Virus record (IMG/VR): IMGVR_UViG_3300037310_000607
Coordinates: 1-56,023 of that record
From: a virus
Taxonomy: Duplodnaviria > Caudoviricetes
Direction: 5' to 3' (one strand)
Length of the DNA stretch: 56,023 bases
The notes below the pieces were generated by a model, which was given only the letters and a program-made list of their open reading frames with translations, ran no database searches and was not told where the DNA came from. The position numbers and the translations under genes are program-made. This document shows positions 35,602 through 44,236 of the stretch, piece after piece. Each line of letters opens with the position of its first letter. The stretch's first letter is position 1.

Positions 35602-35662
35602 GCTAGCGCCACGCCCGCCCACCGCTAGCACGATGCCGGCGCCACGCTAGCGCCGCGGTAGC
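35602..35662. repeat. phased GCTAGC repeats
   Basis: GCTAGC at 35602, 35624, 35646; GGTAGC at 35657. Confidence 0.55.
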
Positions 35663-36010
35663 AGAGGAAGAGAGGTAGAGGGCGCCCCGCATGTCGCGCC
35701 CGCGCTCGCCGAGAGGCCCCCCCGGCCCCCCGCCCCCACCCAGGTGAGGACCGCGCGAGGCCTGGAAGCGCTCGTGAGATCGAGCGTATATAACGTGGAT
35801 TATCGGAACTTGCTTACGGCTCAGCGACTTAGCCGGCCTCGATTGGCGAAGCCTTGGCGAAAGCCCCACCCCTTGTGGTCGAGGCCCTCCGCCTCGCGGC
35901 GCCCGGCGCCCCCACCCCCACCCCCCCCGGGGGGGCCTATGAGTTCCCGGGCCGGGGGGGCAAGCAGTCCGGTAAGGGTCCCATCTTCCAGCCGCGGCCC
36001 ATTTTTCCAC

Positions 36011-36039
36011 TTGACCCACGTGGGCTTGGGGCCTAGAAT
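36011..36039 (+). promoter_or_regulatory. rightward sigma70 promoter with palindromic operator
   Basis: TTGACC-N17-TAGAAT; CCCACGTGGG core, 13/16 at 36012-36027. Confidence 0.8.
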
Positions 36040-36171
36040 GCGGGTGCTGGAGCCAATCGGGCCTGTTTCGGGGGTGATTGTGAGCGAGCGAGAAACGGTG
36101 GCCTCGGGCCCCGTCGAGTCGTCGTCTGGTGGCGGATCGGGCCGGAAACCGGGGACTTCTGGTGCGGAGCC

Positions 36172-36504
36172 GTGGAAGTGAGGGAGGCTCGGGAGGCGAA
36201 GCTGCCGCGGTGGGCGCAGGTGGAGTTGGGGCGGCTGCGGGCGAACCTGGCTGACCTTCACCGGCGGATGAACGCGGCGGCCGCGGGCGGGGACGGGTCG
36301 ATCCAGATCGAGGAGGAGGGGGACGGGAACCTGTTGCCGATGCGGCCGCTCGCGACGCGGCGGGTGCAGTTCGTGGTGGACGGGGCGCGGTTCGAGGCGC
36401 GGGTGGATGTTGCGCGCGGGGTGATCTTCTCGTCCTGGGACGGGGTGCTGCTCGTCGAGCCGTCGGCGTCGAACGTGGTGATCCTGTCCAAGAGGGACCG
36501 ATGA
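36172..36504 (+). CDS. hypothetical protein
   Basis: first gene of rightward operon; KLPRWAQ...LLVEPSASNVV. Confidence 0.6.
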   Translation: MEVREAREAKLPRWAQVELGRLRANLADLHRRMNAAAAGGDGSIQIEEEGDGNLLPMRPLATRRVQFVVDGARFEARVDVARGVIFSSWDGVLLVEPSASNVVILSKRDR

Positions 36505-36740
36505 TGCCGGCTCTGAAGCTCGCGCTGCTGGGGTGGGCGTGGGGCGTCGTGCTCATCGGCGTCCTCGACGGGTGGCGAGCGCACCGGCTCTACGTCGAGG
36601 GCGACGCGAAGCCGGATGGGTCTGGGGGTCAGCTCGCGGGGGTCGTGCTCACGATCCTCTGGCCGCTCTGGCTGCCGTGGTTCCTGCTCGGGCTGCTGGG
36701 GCGGCTGGCCTTCCTGATCGTGAGCGGGAGGGCCTCGTGA
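36501..36740 (+). CDS. two-TM membrane protein
   Basis: hydrophobic, LWPLWLPW. Confidence 0.6.
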   Translation: MMPALKLALLGWAWGVVLIGVLDGWRAHRLYVEGDAKPDGSGGQLAGVVLTILWPLWLPWFLLGLLGRLAFLIVSGRAS

Positions 36741-37027
36741 CGCTCATCGAGGTGCTGGAGGACTTCGCGGAGTGGGGGGTGATGTCGCGGGAGCGGCGGT
36801 GCGCGGTGTCTGAGGCTGTGGCCGCGCTCAAGGAGTGCGAGGCGGATCACCCGCCGGAGCCGGAGTACCTGGAGTGGGTGGCGGCGGGCAAGCCGGGGAC
36901 GGTGCTTGAAGAGCGGGCTGCCTTGCTCCGACTGCTCGACGAGCTGCGCGGCGGGATGCGAGAGCCTGGTGCGCTCGTCTCGGCCGACTACATCCAGCAC
37001 TGGATCGAGAAGAGGAGCGGGGCATGA
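36737..37027 (+). CDS. hypothetical protein
   Basis: GTGA-coupled. Confidence 0.55.
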   Translation: MTLIEVLEDFAEWGVMSRERRCAVSEAVAALKECEADHPPEPEYLEWVAAGKPGTVLEERAALLRLLDELRGGMREPGALVSADYIQHWIEKRSGA

Positions 37028-37446
37028 TCGAGCAGGCGGTGGCGCTGGCGTTGACGTTCCTCGTCGCCTGGGGCGGCCGGGACCGGGTCTGGCATCCGAC
37101 GTTCGAGGCGGCGGGGCGGGAACGCTTCGCGCTGGCGATGGAGCACTACCGCGAGCGGATGGGGTTCCAGGAGGAGTTCGCGTGGAGCCTCGACCCGGGC
37201 GAGCACTGCGCGCGGGTGCGTCTCGTCGAGGTGCGGGTGCCTGGCTTCGAGGTGCAGGAGGTCGTCGAGGCGGCGTACCGGGGCGGGGCCTGGTGCGACG
37301 GGAAGGCGCCGGAGTTCTGGGCGCTCCACGAGGCGTGCCACCTGCGGATGATGCACCACCGCGGCGCCGGGCCGGCCTCGCGGAAGGACCGCGAGCGCGA
37401 GGTCGAGACGTGCATGGGCTGGTACTCGGAGAAGTGGAGGCGGTGA
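37024..37446 (+). CDS. small HExxH metallopeptidase-like protein with signal/anchor
   Basis: WALHEACH...E; hydrophobic N-terminus. Confidence 0.55.
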   Translation: MIEQAVALALTFLVAWGGRDRVWHPTFEAAGRERFALAMEHYRERMGFQEEFAWSLDPGEHCARVRLVEVRVPGFEVQEVVEAAYRGGAWCDGKAPEFWALHEACHLRMMHHRGAGPASRKDREREVETCMGWYSEKWRR

Positions 37447-37655
37447 TGCCTACGACCGCGGCGGACATGTCGGAGAAGGTGGACCTGGAGAACAAGCTCT
37501 GCCGGGCGGCGCTCGCCTGGGAGCGCGCCGATCACGGCAACGATCCGGGGGGGCTGCGTGAGGCCGTCGAGGCTCTGCGCTTCGCGGCGCGGGCCTACCG
37601 CGACTACGTGGAGGCAGAGGCGCTCCCGATCAAGGGCGGCCCGGAGCCGGCGTGA
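37446..37655 (+). CDS. hypothetical protein
   Basis: TGATG-coupled, GGAGG RBS. Confidence 0.55.
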   Translation: MPTTAADMSEKVDLENKLCRAALAWERADHGNDPGGLREAVEALRFAARAYRDYVEAEALPIKGGPEPA

Positions 37656-37834
37656 AGAAGCCGAGCCGCTACTGGCGCCGCCGCGAGTGGGCGGAGATGG
37701 CGCTACGTACCGCTCGCCAGGAGCGGACGCTCGCCGAGAACGCGCTCAGCCGGGCACGGCGTCGGTTCGACCGTGCGGTCGAGAACTACGTGGCCGCCGT
37801 CGAGCGCGCGCGCTCCTTCGGGCTCGACGCATGA
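37652..37834 (+). CDS. hypothetical protein
   Basis: coupled 60-aa ORF. Confidence 0.5.
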   Translation: MKKPSRYWRRREWAEMALRTARQERTLAENALSRARRRFDRAVENYVAAVERARSFGLDA

Positions 37835-38124
37835 AGCGCGACGCCACGATCGAATACCTTCAGGCCCGCAACGCCGCCTACGAGCGGTTCTGCGAGGAGT
37901 TCCCCCACTCGTCGGCGCTCATGTCCTGCATCGCGTCAGACCCCGACGGGTGGCCTGGGCTCAAGGCCGAGGTGCGGCGTCTCCGCCGCGCGCTGTTCAT
38001 GGCGCGGACCCCGTTCGGGAGCCCCTACGGCCCGCCGAAGGCGGAGGACGTCAAGCGCTGGAAGGAGAGCCGCGGGCCGGTTCCGAAGCCGTCGAACTAC
38101 GGCCGCGGCCGCACGAGGTTCTGA
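37831..38124 (+). CDS. hypothetical protein
   Basis: ATGA-coupled. Confidence 0.5.
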   Translation: MKRDATIEYLQARNAAYERFCEEFPHSSALMSCIASDPDGWPGLKAEVRRLRRALFMARTPFGSPYGPPKAEDVKRWKESRGPVPKPSNYGRGRTRF

Positions 38125-38363
38125 TGAGCGAGCTTCGCTGGCTCGACGACCCGGACGACCCGGAGACCCACCGGAGGGTCCAGCTCCAGCGCAAGAACTG
38201 GTGGGACTGCATCCTGTGGCTGGAGTCGCTCGGCAACGCGGAGGACGAGTGGACCGCGGGCTGGATGCGTGTCTGTGAGAAGACCGGCGGCCACCCGATT
38301 CCGAACCTCACGCTCTTCCGCCGTGTCGAGGCGGCGATGGCGCGCTGGAGGGCGCGGTCATGA
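38124..38363 (+). CDS. hypothetical protein
   Basis: TGATG-coupled. Confidence 0.5.
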   Translation: MSELRWLDDPDDPETHRRVQLQRKNWWDCILWLESLGNAEDEWTAGWMRVCEKTGGHPIPNLTLFRRVEAAMARWRARS

Positions 38364-38608
38364 AAGGGAGTTCGACCCATGTTCTCGGCGCGTGTTTTCC
38401 TGAACGATGCGAGGAGTGCCTGATCCGCACGGGAGAGTACAAGAGGCCGGAGAAGGTCTTCGCTGTCGAAGTGCGCGTCACGCCACGATCCCGTCAGTGG
38501 ATCGTGCAGGAGGGCTCGTACACCCCATTCAGATCCGTGGCGACATCGCGGGCGAAGCTGCTTCGGGGCAGTGTCGTCACCTACCGGCGCGAGAAGGAGG
38601 CCCAGTGA
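38360..38608 (+). CDS. hypothetical protein
   Basis: ATGA-coupled. Confidence 0.45.
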   Translation: MKGSSTHVLGACFPERCEECLIRTGEYKRPEKVFAVEVRVTPRSRQWIVQEGSYTPFRSVATSRAKLLRGSVVTYRREKEAQ

Positions 38609-38865
38609 AGCTCCGAGCATCGACGTTCGGCGACTACTTCGACATCGACCCGCAGGGCAAGGACCTGATCGTAGTCTTCATCCGCTCCACGGAGCGCGAT
38701 CCGATCTGGCTCCTGCTGCCGCACCAGCTCTACCGCGCGAAGGTCACGGAGCTGCTCAAGCAGGCGCCGCACGGCGCCGTCGTCGAGATCGTGCGGATCA
38801 ACGCGAAGGACATCGAACTTGTCGCAACGAAGGAGGAGACCGAATGGCCGATCTCAAGAGCGTGA
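38605..38865 (+). CDS. hypothetical protein
   Basis: GTGA-coupled, AAGGAGG RBS. Confidence 0.55.
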   Translation: MKLRASTFGDYFDIDPQGKDLIVVFIRSTERDPIWLLLPHQLYRAKVTELLKQAPHGAVVEIVRINAKDIELVATKEETEWPISRA

Positions 38866-39257
38866 AGCGCCTGCTGCTCGTGAAGCTGACCTTGGACGAG
38901 GTGGCCGATCGCGCGCAGGAGCTTGCGAAGGCGGAGCTGTACCGCGGGCAGGTCCAGGGTGACTTCGCGTCGGAGGCGGAGGACTGGAAGGAGCAGAAGA
39001 AGCTCTGGGAGTCGAAGGTCCTCACGGCGTCGGAGGCGTGCCTGCGCCTCGGCCGCGTCGTGAAGGACCGCGAGGAGCACCGCGAGGTGGAGTGCGCGGT
39101 GAAGATCGAAGGCGGCGTCTACCTGATGATCCGCCTCGACACGGGCGAGATCGTCGTCCAGCGGCCGGCGACGACCGAGGAGCTTCAGATGGCGCTCCCG
39201 ATGCCGGAGCCGCTCGACCCGATCACGCACGTCAAGACCGAGGAGCTGAAGCCGTGA
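38844..39257 (+). CDS. conserved phage coiled-coil protein
   Basis: KLTLDEV...EHREVEC...IRLDTGEIV..RP.T.EELQ. Confidence 0.65.
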   Translation: MADLKSVKRLLLVKLTLDEVADRAQELAKAELYRGQVQGDFASEAEDWKEQKKLWESKVLTASEACLRLGRVVKDREEHREVECAVKIEGGVYLMIRLDTGEIVVQRPATTEELQMALPMPEPLDPITHVKTEELKP

Positions 39258-39616
39258 GCGACAAGGTCGTCCTGCCGCTCGCGAGCTACCAGGCCTGGAA
39301 CATCGGGCCGCTCCCGAAGGACGGCGAGACGCCTCCCGCTCCGCCGCCGGAGGTGCGCGCGGAGGCGTGCCGAGCCGGGGACATGACGCTGCGCTACCAC
39401 ACCGGCAAGCTCGACAAGCCGGGGCTGCTGATCTTCCGCGGCAACGAGCTGGTCGCGGTGCTGTGGCCGGAGCAGCTCGGACTCGTCATGAGCTACTGGA
39501 TGCCGGAGCGCTGCGCGATCGCAATGCGGCACGCTGACTGGCTGGAGCGGGAAGCTGGAGAGCCAACACCCGAGTCGAGCGCCATCCGTGCTCTCGTCGG
39601 AATGGCCGAGCGATGA
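39254..39616 (+). CDS. hypothetical protein
   Basis: GTGA-coupled. Confidence 0.5.
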   Translation: MSDKVVLPLASYQAWNIGPLPKDGETPPAPPPEVRAEACRAGDMTLRYHTGKLDKPGLLIFRGNELVAVLWPEQLGLVMSYWMPERCAIAMRHADWLEREAGEPTPESSAIRALVGMAER

Positions 39617-39834
39617 GCGCGCGCACGAAGAAGTGCCCAGTGCCGAACTGCTGGGAGAAGATCGGCGAGCACCAGGCGCTCTGCCGCGCCTGCACGAGCT
39701 GGTGGTACAGGATGGCGCTGCGGGACGCGCACGATCTCGCGCGCTACATGAAGCGCCTGTCGCGGATGAACGGCCGCGTCGAGCGCTCGAACTTCCTCGA
39801 CTATCTCGCCGCCAGGCGTAGGAGGGCAGCATGA
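39613..39834 (+). CDS. small Zn-finger protein
   Basis: CPVPNC...LCRAC. Confidence 0.55.
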   Translation: MSARTKKCPVPNCWEKIGEHQALCRACTSWWYRMALRDAHDLARYMKRLSRMNGRVERSNFLDYLAARRRRAA

Positions 39835-40304
39835 AGAAGCAGATGTTCGTCGGCGTGAAGCCTGGATCCCCGAGCCATCGGCAGGCCGTGGCGATCGTCA
39901 AGGAGGCGCTCGCGCCGGATCTCTTCCGCACGGCCGCCCGGCCGGTACGGATTCGGCCCCGCCCTGGCTATCTGGTGCGGCCTCGCATCATCGCGAAGCT
40001 CGGCCGTCGTGCCTACGTGATCGGCTTCCGCGGTGCGCTCGGCGAGGCCAAGATGCTCGGCATCCTCGACTGGCTCCGCCGGACGCGCCGCGTGCGTGCG
40101 ACGCAGATCTACCTCTCGATCGAGAACGCGCGCGAGTTCCTTGCCTCCGTGTCGGCCACCGAGAGGCGCAGCTACCACACCGCGAGCCCGGAGCCATCGC
40201 AGCAGTACGAGACGATGATGCTCATGAAGCCAGGGGTCCAGGCCTTCCTGAAGCCGGTCGCGTTCCTGGAGCGCGGCCGCATGATCGTGGAGGTGAGAGC
40301 GTGA
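39831..40304 (+). CDS. basic hypothetical protein
   Basis: AGGAGG RBS, coupled. Confidence 0.55.
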   Translation: MKKQMFVGVKPGSPSHRQAVAIVKEALAPDLFRTAARPVRIRPRPGYLVRPRIIAKLGRRAYVIGFRGALGEAKMLGILDWLRRTRRVRATQIYLSIENAREFLASVSATERRSYHTASPEPSQQYETMMLMKPGVQAFLKPVAFLERGRMIVEVRA

Positions 40305-40684
40305 CCTACGACGACTACGCCCGCGTGAAAGCCCACATCGAGGTGCTGCGAAGCATCGACGAGGGGCGCGTCCAGCTCGCCCAGGAGCCGAAGCACACGC
40401 TCACCATCAGCTCGATGGAGAAGATCCTCGCGGCTTTCGACTGGGCTTACGAGTTCCGGCGAATGCTCGCGTCCGTGCTCGGCCGCTTCGAGGACGAGTA
40501 CAAGAAGCTCGCGCCCGCGGAGACGCGCTACGACCCTGGCGACCAGCCGATCGACGCCGACCTGCTCGCCGCCTGCACGGCTCCCTTCCGGGCGGCCGGG
40601 CGTGGAGCGCAGGACTCGATCGACCACGCGAAGCAGGTGATCGAGACGGCGCGCTACGTCGCCTTCAAGCAGCGGAGGTCATGA
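40301..40684 (+). CDS. hypothetical protein
   Basis: GGAGGTG RBS, coupled. Confidence 0.6.
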   Translation: MTYDDYARVKAHIEVLRSIDEGRVQLAQEPKHTLTISSMEKILAAFDWAYEFRRMLASVLGRFEDEYKKLAPAETRYDPGDQPIDADLLAACTAPFRAAGRGAQDSIDHAKQVIETARYVAFKQRRS

Positions 40685-41052
40685 TGCCTGCGAAGAGCCT
40701 GCTCCGGGATCTCGACGCTCTGCTCCGTTCGATCGAACTGCCGGAGGGGATCCGATGGCTCGACGACGATCTTCCGTCCTGCCTCCTCGCGCGCGGTCAG
40801 ACCTACGGGCACCTGGCCTGCTTCGTGAGCTGGCTGCTGCACTTCACGCCCGCGACAGGTCCCGAGGGCCAGGGCGTGAGGATGTACGTCTGGAGGATCA
40901 GCATCCCCCTCACGACGTCGCTCATGGCCTCGATGGACGAGGAGCATCGCGCGGCCTTCTGGGCGCGGATCCAGGAGGAGATCGCGGGTTTCCAGGCGGC
41001 GCTCGCCGCGGGGACGGCGATCGAGATCCAGGACGGGGAGAACCTGCCATGA
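40681..41052 (+). CDS. hypothetical protein
   Basis: GGAGG RBS, coupled. Confidence 0.55.
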   Translation: MMPAKSLLRDLDALLRSIELPEGIRWLDDDLPSCLLARGQTYGHLACFVSWLLHFTPATGPEGQGVRMYVWRISIPLTTSLMASMDEEHRAAFWARIQEEIAGFQAALAAGTAIEIQDGENLP

Positions 41053-41399
41053 AGCTCAGCGAGTGCCGCACGTGCAAGGAGCCGATCTTCTGGGTCGTGA
41101 CCGACAAGGGCAAGAGGATGCCGATGGACGCCGAGCCGGTGTCGTCCGGCAAGTGGGTGGTCCGCGACGGCGAGACGGTGCGCGCGAGCTACATCGGCGA
41201 CAAGCCCTACAACGGCGACCGCTACAGCTCCCACTTCCAGACGTGCCCGCAGGCGGCCGAGCACAGCCGCCGCGAGCGCGACAAGCCCGCGATGGAGGGC
41301 GAGTGCAAGCCGAGTGAGGACGGCTTCTGCTCGACGCATCCGACGTGCGATCTCGTCCGCGTGACGCTCGAATCTCTCAGGAGGAACGTGAAGGCATGA
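41049..41399 (+). CDS. conserved phage Zn-binding protein
   Basis: CRTCKEPIFW...GKRMPMD...SHFQTCP. Confidence 0.65.
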   Translation: MKLSECRTCKEPIFWVVTDKGKRMPMDAEPVSSGKWVVRDGETVRASYIGDKPYNGDRYSSHFQTCPQAAEHSRRERDKPAMEGECKPSEDGFCSTHPTCDLVRVTLESLRRNVKA

Positions 41400-41614
41400 G
41401 CACCACGACGATCACCGGCAACAGCGGGCTCTACGCCCGCCACCAGAAGCTCAAGGCCCGGAAGCTCTGCGGCTTCACCTGGACGTCGAGGAGCGCGGCG
41501 CCTGGCCACGTCCACTCCTGCGCGGTGTTCGCCGGGCACGCGCGCAAGGTACACTCGTGCCGCTGCGGCTGCGCCTGCGCGCGCAACCAGAAGGGGAAGG
41601 TGGACCACCTGTGA
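41396..41614 (+). CDS. small Cys/His-rich protein
   Basis: C...HSC...H...HSCRCG. Confidence 0.5.
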   Translation: MSTTTITGNSGLYARHQKLKARKLCGFTWTSRSAAPGHVHSCAVFAGHARKVHSCRCGCACARNQKGKVDHL

Positions 41615-42088
41615 AGATCGGACGACGTGGCTTCCTGGCGGGGCTCCTCGCCACCCCGGCGCTCGCCAAGGCGACGAAGATCCGCGGCTTGCTCGGCAAG
41701 CTCTTCGGCTACCCGGTGCGCGAGACCGGGATGGCCACGGCCAACCTGGAGTCGATCGCCGCCTCGCTGAAGCACGCCTACCCGACGAGCCTGCGAGGCG
41801 CACATCAACAGGGAGAGCCCGTTCTTCGCCGCCTTGAAGCGCTCCGCCGCGCTGGAGGCGCAGATGCCGAGGGCGAACGCGAAGATCGTGGGCATCGACG
41901 ACCCCTACGCCGACGACAACCCACCGCCCAGGGACTCGATCTGGATCGACGACATCGACGACAACCCCGACAACCTACCTTCGGAGGATGAGCATGGCAG
42001 TCCACGTCGTCAAGTTGAAGCGCACGCTGACCTACGAGGTTCGCATCGACGAAGGCGGCGAGGACGGGCGCGAGGAGATCTCGCGTGA
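41611..42088 (+). other. Tat-signal protein with major-capsid-derived segments, interrupted by a frameshift near 41785-41794
   Basis: GRRGFL signal; MATANLESIAASLKHAYP (first frame) then EAHINRESPFFAALKR and MPRANAKIVGIDDP (+1 frame) match the MCP termini. Confidence 0.6.
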
Positions 42089-42230
42089 CGAGGCGATCTC
42101 CGATGCGAAGGACTTCGCGGACGAGGACTGCTACGTCTCGATCGAGCCGGAGGAGTACGCGAGCGCGACGGACAGCGAGTGGCAGCTCGACGAGTACAAG
42201 GTCGAGCCCGACGAGCCCGCCGAACCGTAA
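41988..42230 (+). CDS. small acidic protein
   Basis: GGAGG RBS; GC3-rich codons. Confidence 0.6.
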   Translation: MSMAVHVVKLKRTLTYEVRIDEGGEDGREEISRDEAISDAKDFADEDCYVSIEPEEYASATDSEWQLDEYKVEPDEPAEP

Positions 42231-42496
42231 GGCGTGCTGGGTCCCGTGCCCGGGCGGGTGTGGCGAGTATTGGTGTCTGACGCACGTGCAGCACGTCGCC
42301 GACTGCCCGTGTCCGCCGATCGAGGCATGGGGCGGCGTCGATCCATACCTCGGCAGGTGGCCATGATCGAACGGCAGTTCCGCCGCATCCGATCTCGGAC
42401 GCAGCCGCCGCTCGTTTTCAGCGAAGAGCGGTGCGCCTGCTGTCGAGGGCATATCTACACGCTCTGGAAGCTCGACCTTCCGCGATGGTGGTGGGG

Positions 42497-42742
42497 ATGG
42501 TGAAGAAGCGGGCGCCCTGGTCGATGAAGCTCGTCCGCACGCTCGATCTCGGCCAGGACAAGAAGCTCGTCCGCCTGAGCGTCACGAAGGACGGCGCCCT
42601 CCTGCGCGTCTCCCACTCGCGGAAGAAGTTCTGGCTGCCGGCGCGCGAGCTGGTGGACGTCGTCTTCCGCGCGGCGCAGCGCCGCTACTGCGAGATCAAG
42701 CTCTCAGGGAGAAGGCCGAGTGCGCCTCCGCCGCCTGCGTGA
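42497..42742 (+). CDS. hypothetical protein
   Basis: GC3-rich codons in operon. Confidence 0.5.
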   Translation: MVKKRAPWSMKLVRTLDLGQDKKLVRLSVTKDGALLRVSHSRKKFWLPARELVDVVFRAAQRRYCEIKLSGRRPSAPPPPA

Positions 42743-42871
42743 CCCGGACGTCGTCGCGGGCCTCATGCTCGCGGCCGGTGGCGCCGCCTGGCTCCTGGGC
42801 GAGCCGAACCTAGGCTGCTGGTACTTGGGTGGCGCCGCTGTGACGGCGCTCACCGCGCTCCTCGCCAGGGA

Positions 42872-43102
42872 ATGAGCCCGGAGGATCTGAGGGGGCGAGT
42901 CCCGAAGGTCTACCAGGGCATCGTGCTCCGCGCCCTAGAGGGCAAGGGAGGCCGCGCGAACGCCATCCGCGCGAAGTGCCTCGACTGCTGCGCCTACCAG
43001 CGCGAGATGATCCGCGACTGCGCTAGCGTCCGCTGCCCGCTCCACCCGTGGCGGCCGTACCAAACCGATCCCAAGGACGCTCCGGGTGAGCCAGAGTCGT
43101 GA
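42872..43102 (+). CDS. conserved phage Cys protein
   Basis: AIRAKCLDCC...C....CPLHPWR. Confidence 0.65.
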   Translation: MSPEDLRGRVPKVYQGIVLRALEGKGGRANAIRAKCLDCCAYQREMIRDCASVRCPLHPWRPYQTDPKDAPGEPES

Positions 43103-43298
43103 CTTCGACCACCGGCTTCTGCTGAGAGAGCGCTGAGCGGATCCGGCGCGGCGGGAGCTTCAGGCCGTGCCTGTTGCGGTGGTTGTAGCACGCGCAGCAG
43201 AGCCCGCGACGCAGCCACCCCATCCAGGGGGGGACGCGGTTGCAGTCGGCGCACCGGCCTGGAGCCCACGTCGGGTTGCGGACGATCTTGCGTCCCAT
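43023..43298 (-). CDS. small Zn-finger protein
   Basis: CADC...RGLCCACY; TGATG-coupled; convergent overlap with 42872..43102. Confidence 0.45.
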   Translation of the reverse strand: MGRKIVRNPTWAPGRCADCNRVPPWMGWLRRGLCCACYNHRNRHGLKLPPRRIRSALSQQKPVVEVTTLAHPERPWDRFGTAATGGAGSGR

Positions 43299-44227
43299 CA
43301 GTGGGTGATGATGACGGCGATCCCGCTCGCGCCTGCTCCACCTGCGCCAGAGTTGGAGCCGTTGACGGAAGCTCCTCCACCGCCTCCGCCACCGCCGTAG
43401 ATGCCACCGGCCGCGCCGCTACCTCCGACACCGGCCGAGTTGCCAGATCCGCCGCCGCCGCCCTGGCCGCCATAGGGTTCTCCGACGAGTACGGACGAGC
43501 CAGCCGTTCCGCTCTGGCCCTCTGACGAGCCACCGCCTCCGGCTGCCCCGCCCACGAACCTCGCGACTGAGAAGCTGCCCGAGTTGCCAGATCCGAAGAG
43601 GTTCGCCGCACCGACACCACCGCCGCCACCCCCGCCGCCGGCAGCGCGGCCGAACGTGATGACCGTAGCTCCAGCGCTCGCCTGGGTGGGACCGACGCTC
43701 CCGGCCCCCCCGCTGGCTCCGGCGGCGCAATTCGCCATCGAGCCGGAGGACCCAGCGCTCCCGCCCACGAGATTCCCGCCGCCTCCGCCGATGAGGCCAG
43801 CCGGATTCGCCTGAAGATGCGTGCCGAAAGACGTAGGTCCACCACCACCACCATCGCTGCCAGCGGTGTCGTCCGTTGTGACGGCAGCTCCGCCGGCACC
43901 GCCACTTCCGACCGTGACGCTGACGGTAGCCCCGAGCGCGGCGGCATCGAAGATTCCGTAGGAGCAAGAGCCTCCGCCGCCACCACCGCCTCCGCCACGT
44001 GGCGACGCGGCAGCTCCGCGACGACCGGCTCCGCCCCCGCCTCCGCCGCCGATGAGCCATACCTCAACCCACTGCGCCCCGGCAGGCTTAGTCCAGGTGC
44101 CGCTGGCCGTGAAGGTCTGCATCGCTCCGGTCAGCGTGGTGCTTCCGCCCCCGGTGGCGCCAGGCGGATAGGTCGTCTGCTGCACCGGCAGCAGGACCGC
44201 GAGGACAGCGAGCGCGTGGATCTTCAT
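43298..44227 (-). CDS. glycine-rich tail-fibre-like protein with signal-like N-terminus
   Basis: QTFTASGTWTKPAGA...V.V..IGGGGGGG...GASGIAVII glycine-rich domain. Confidence 0.65.
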   Translation of the reverse strand: MKIHALAVLAVLLPVQQTTYPPGATGGGSTTLTGAMQTFTASGTWTKPAGAQWVEVWLIGGGGGGGAGRRGAAASPRGGGGGGGGGSCSYGIFDAAALGATVSVTVGSGGAGGAAVTTDDTAGSDGGGGGPTSFGTHLQANPAGLIGGGGGNLVGGSAGSSGSMANCAAGASGGAGSVGPTQASAGATVITFGRAAGGGGGGGGVGAANLFGSGNSGSFSVARFVGGAAGGGGSSEGQSGTAGSSVLVGEPYGGQGGGGGSGNSAGVGGSGAAGGIYGGGGGGGGASVNGSNSGAGGAGASGIAVIITH

Positions 44228-44236
44228 GCCTCTCTC

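Noticed and set aside
41795-41991. Unshifted continuation of the Tat ORF (RGAHQQGEP...TFGG) as the true product
   Set aside because: Arg-rich with poor codon usage, while the +1 frame has GC3 codons and MCP similarity; not fully excluded because its stop overlaps the next ATG
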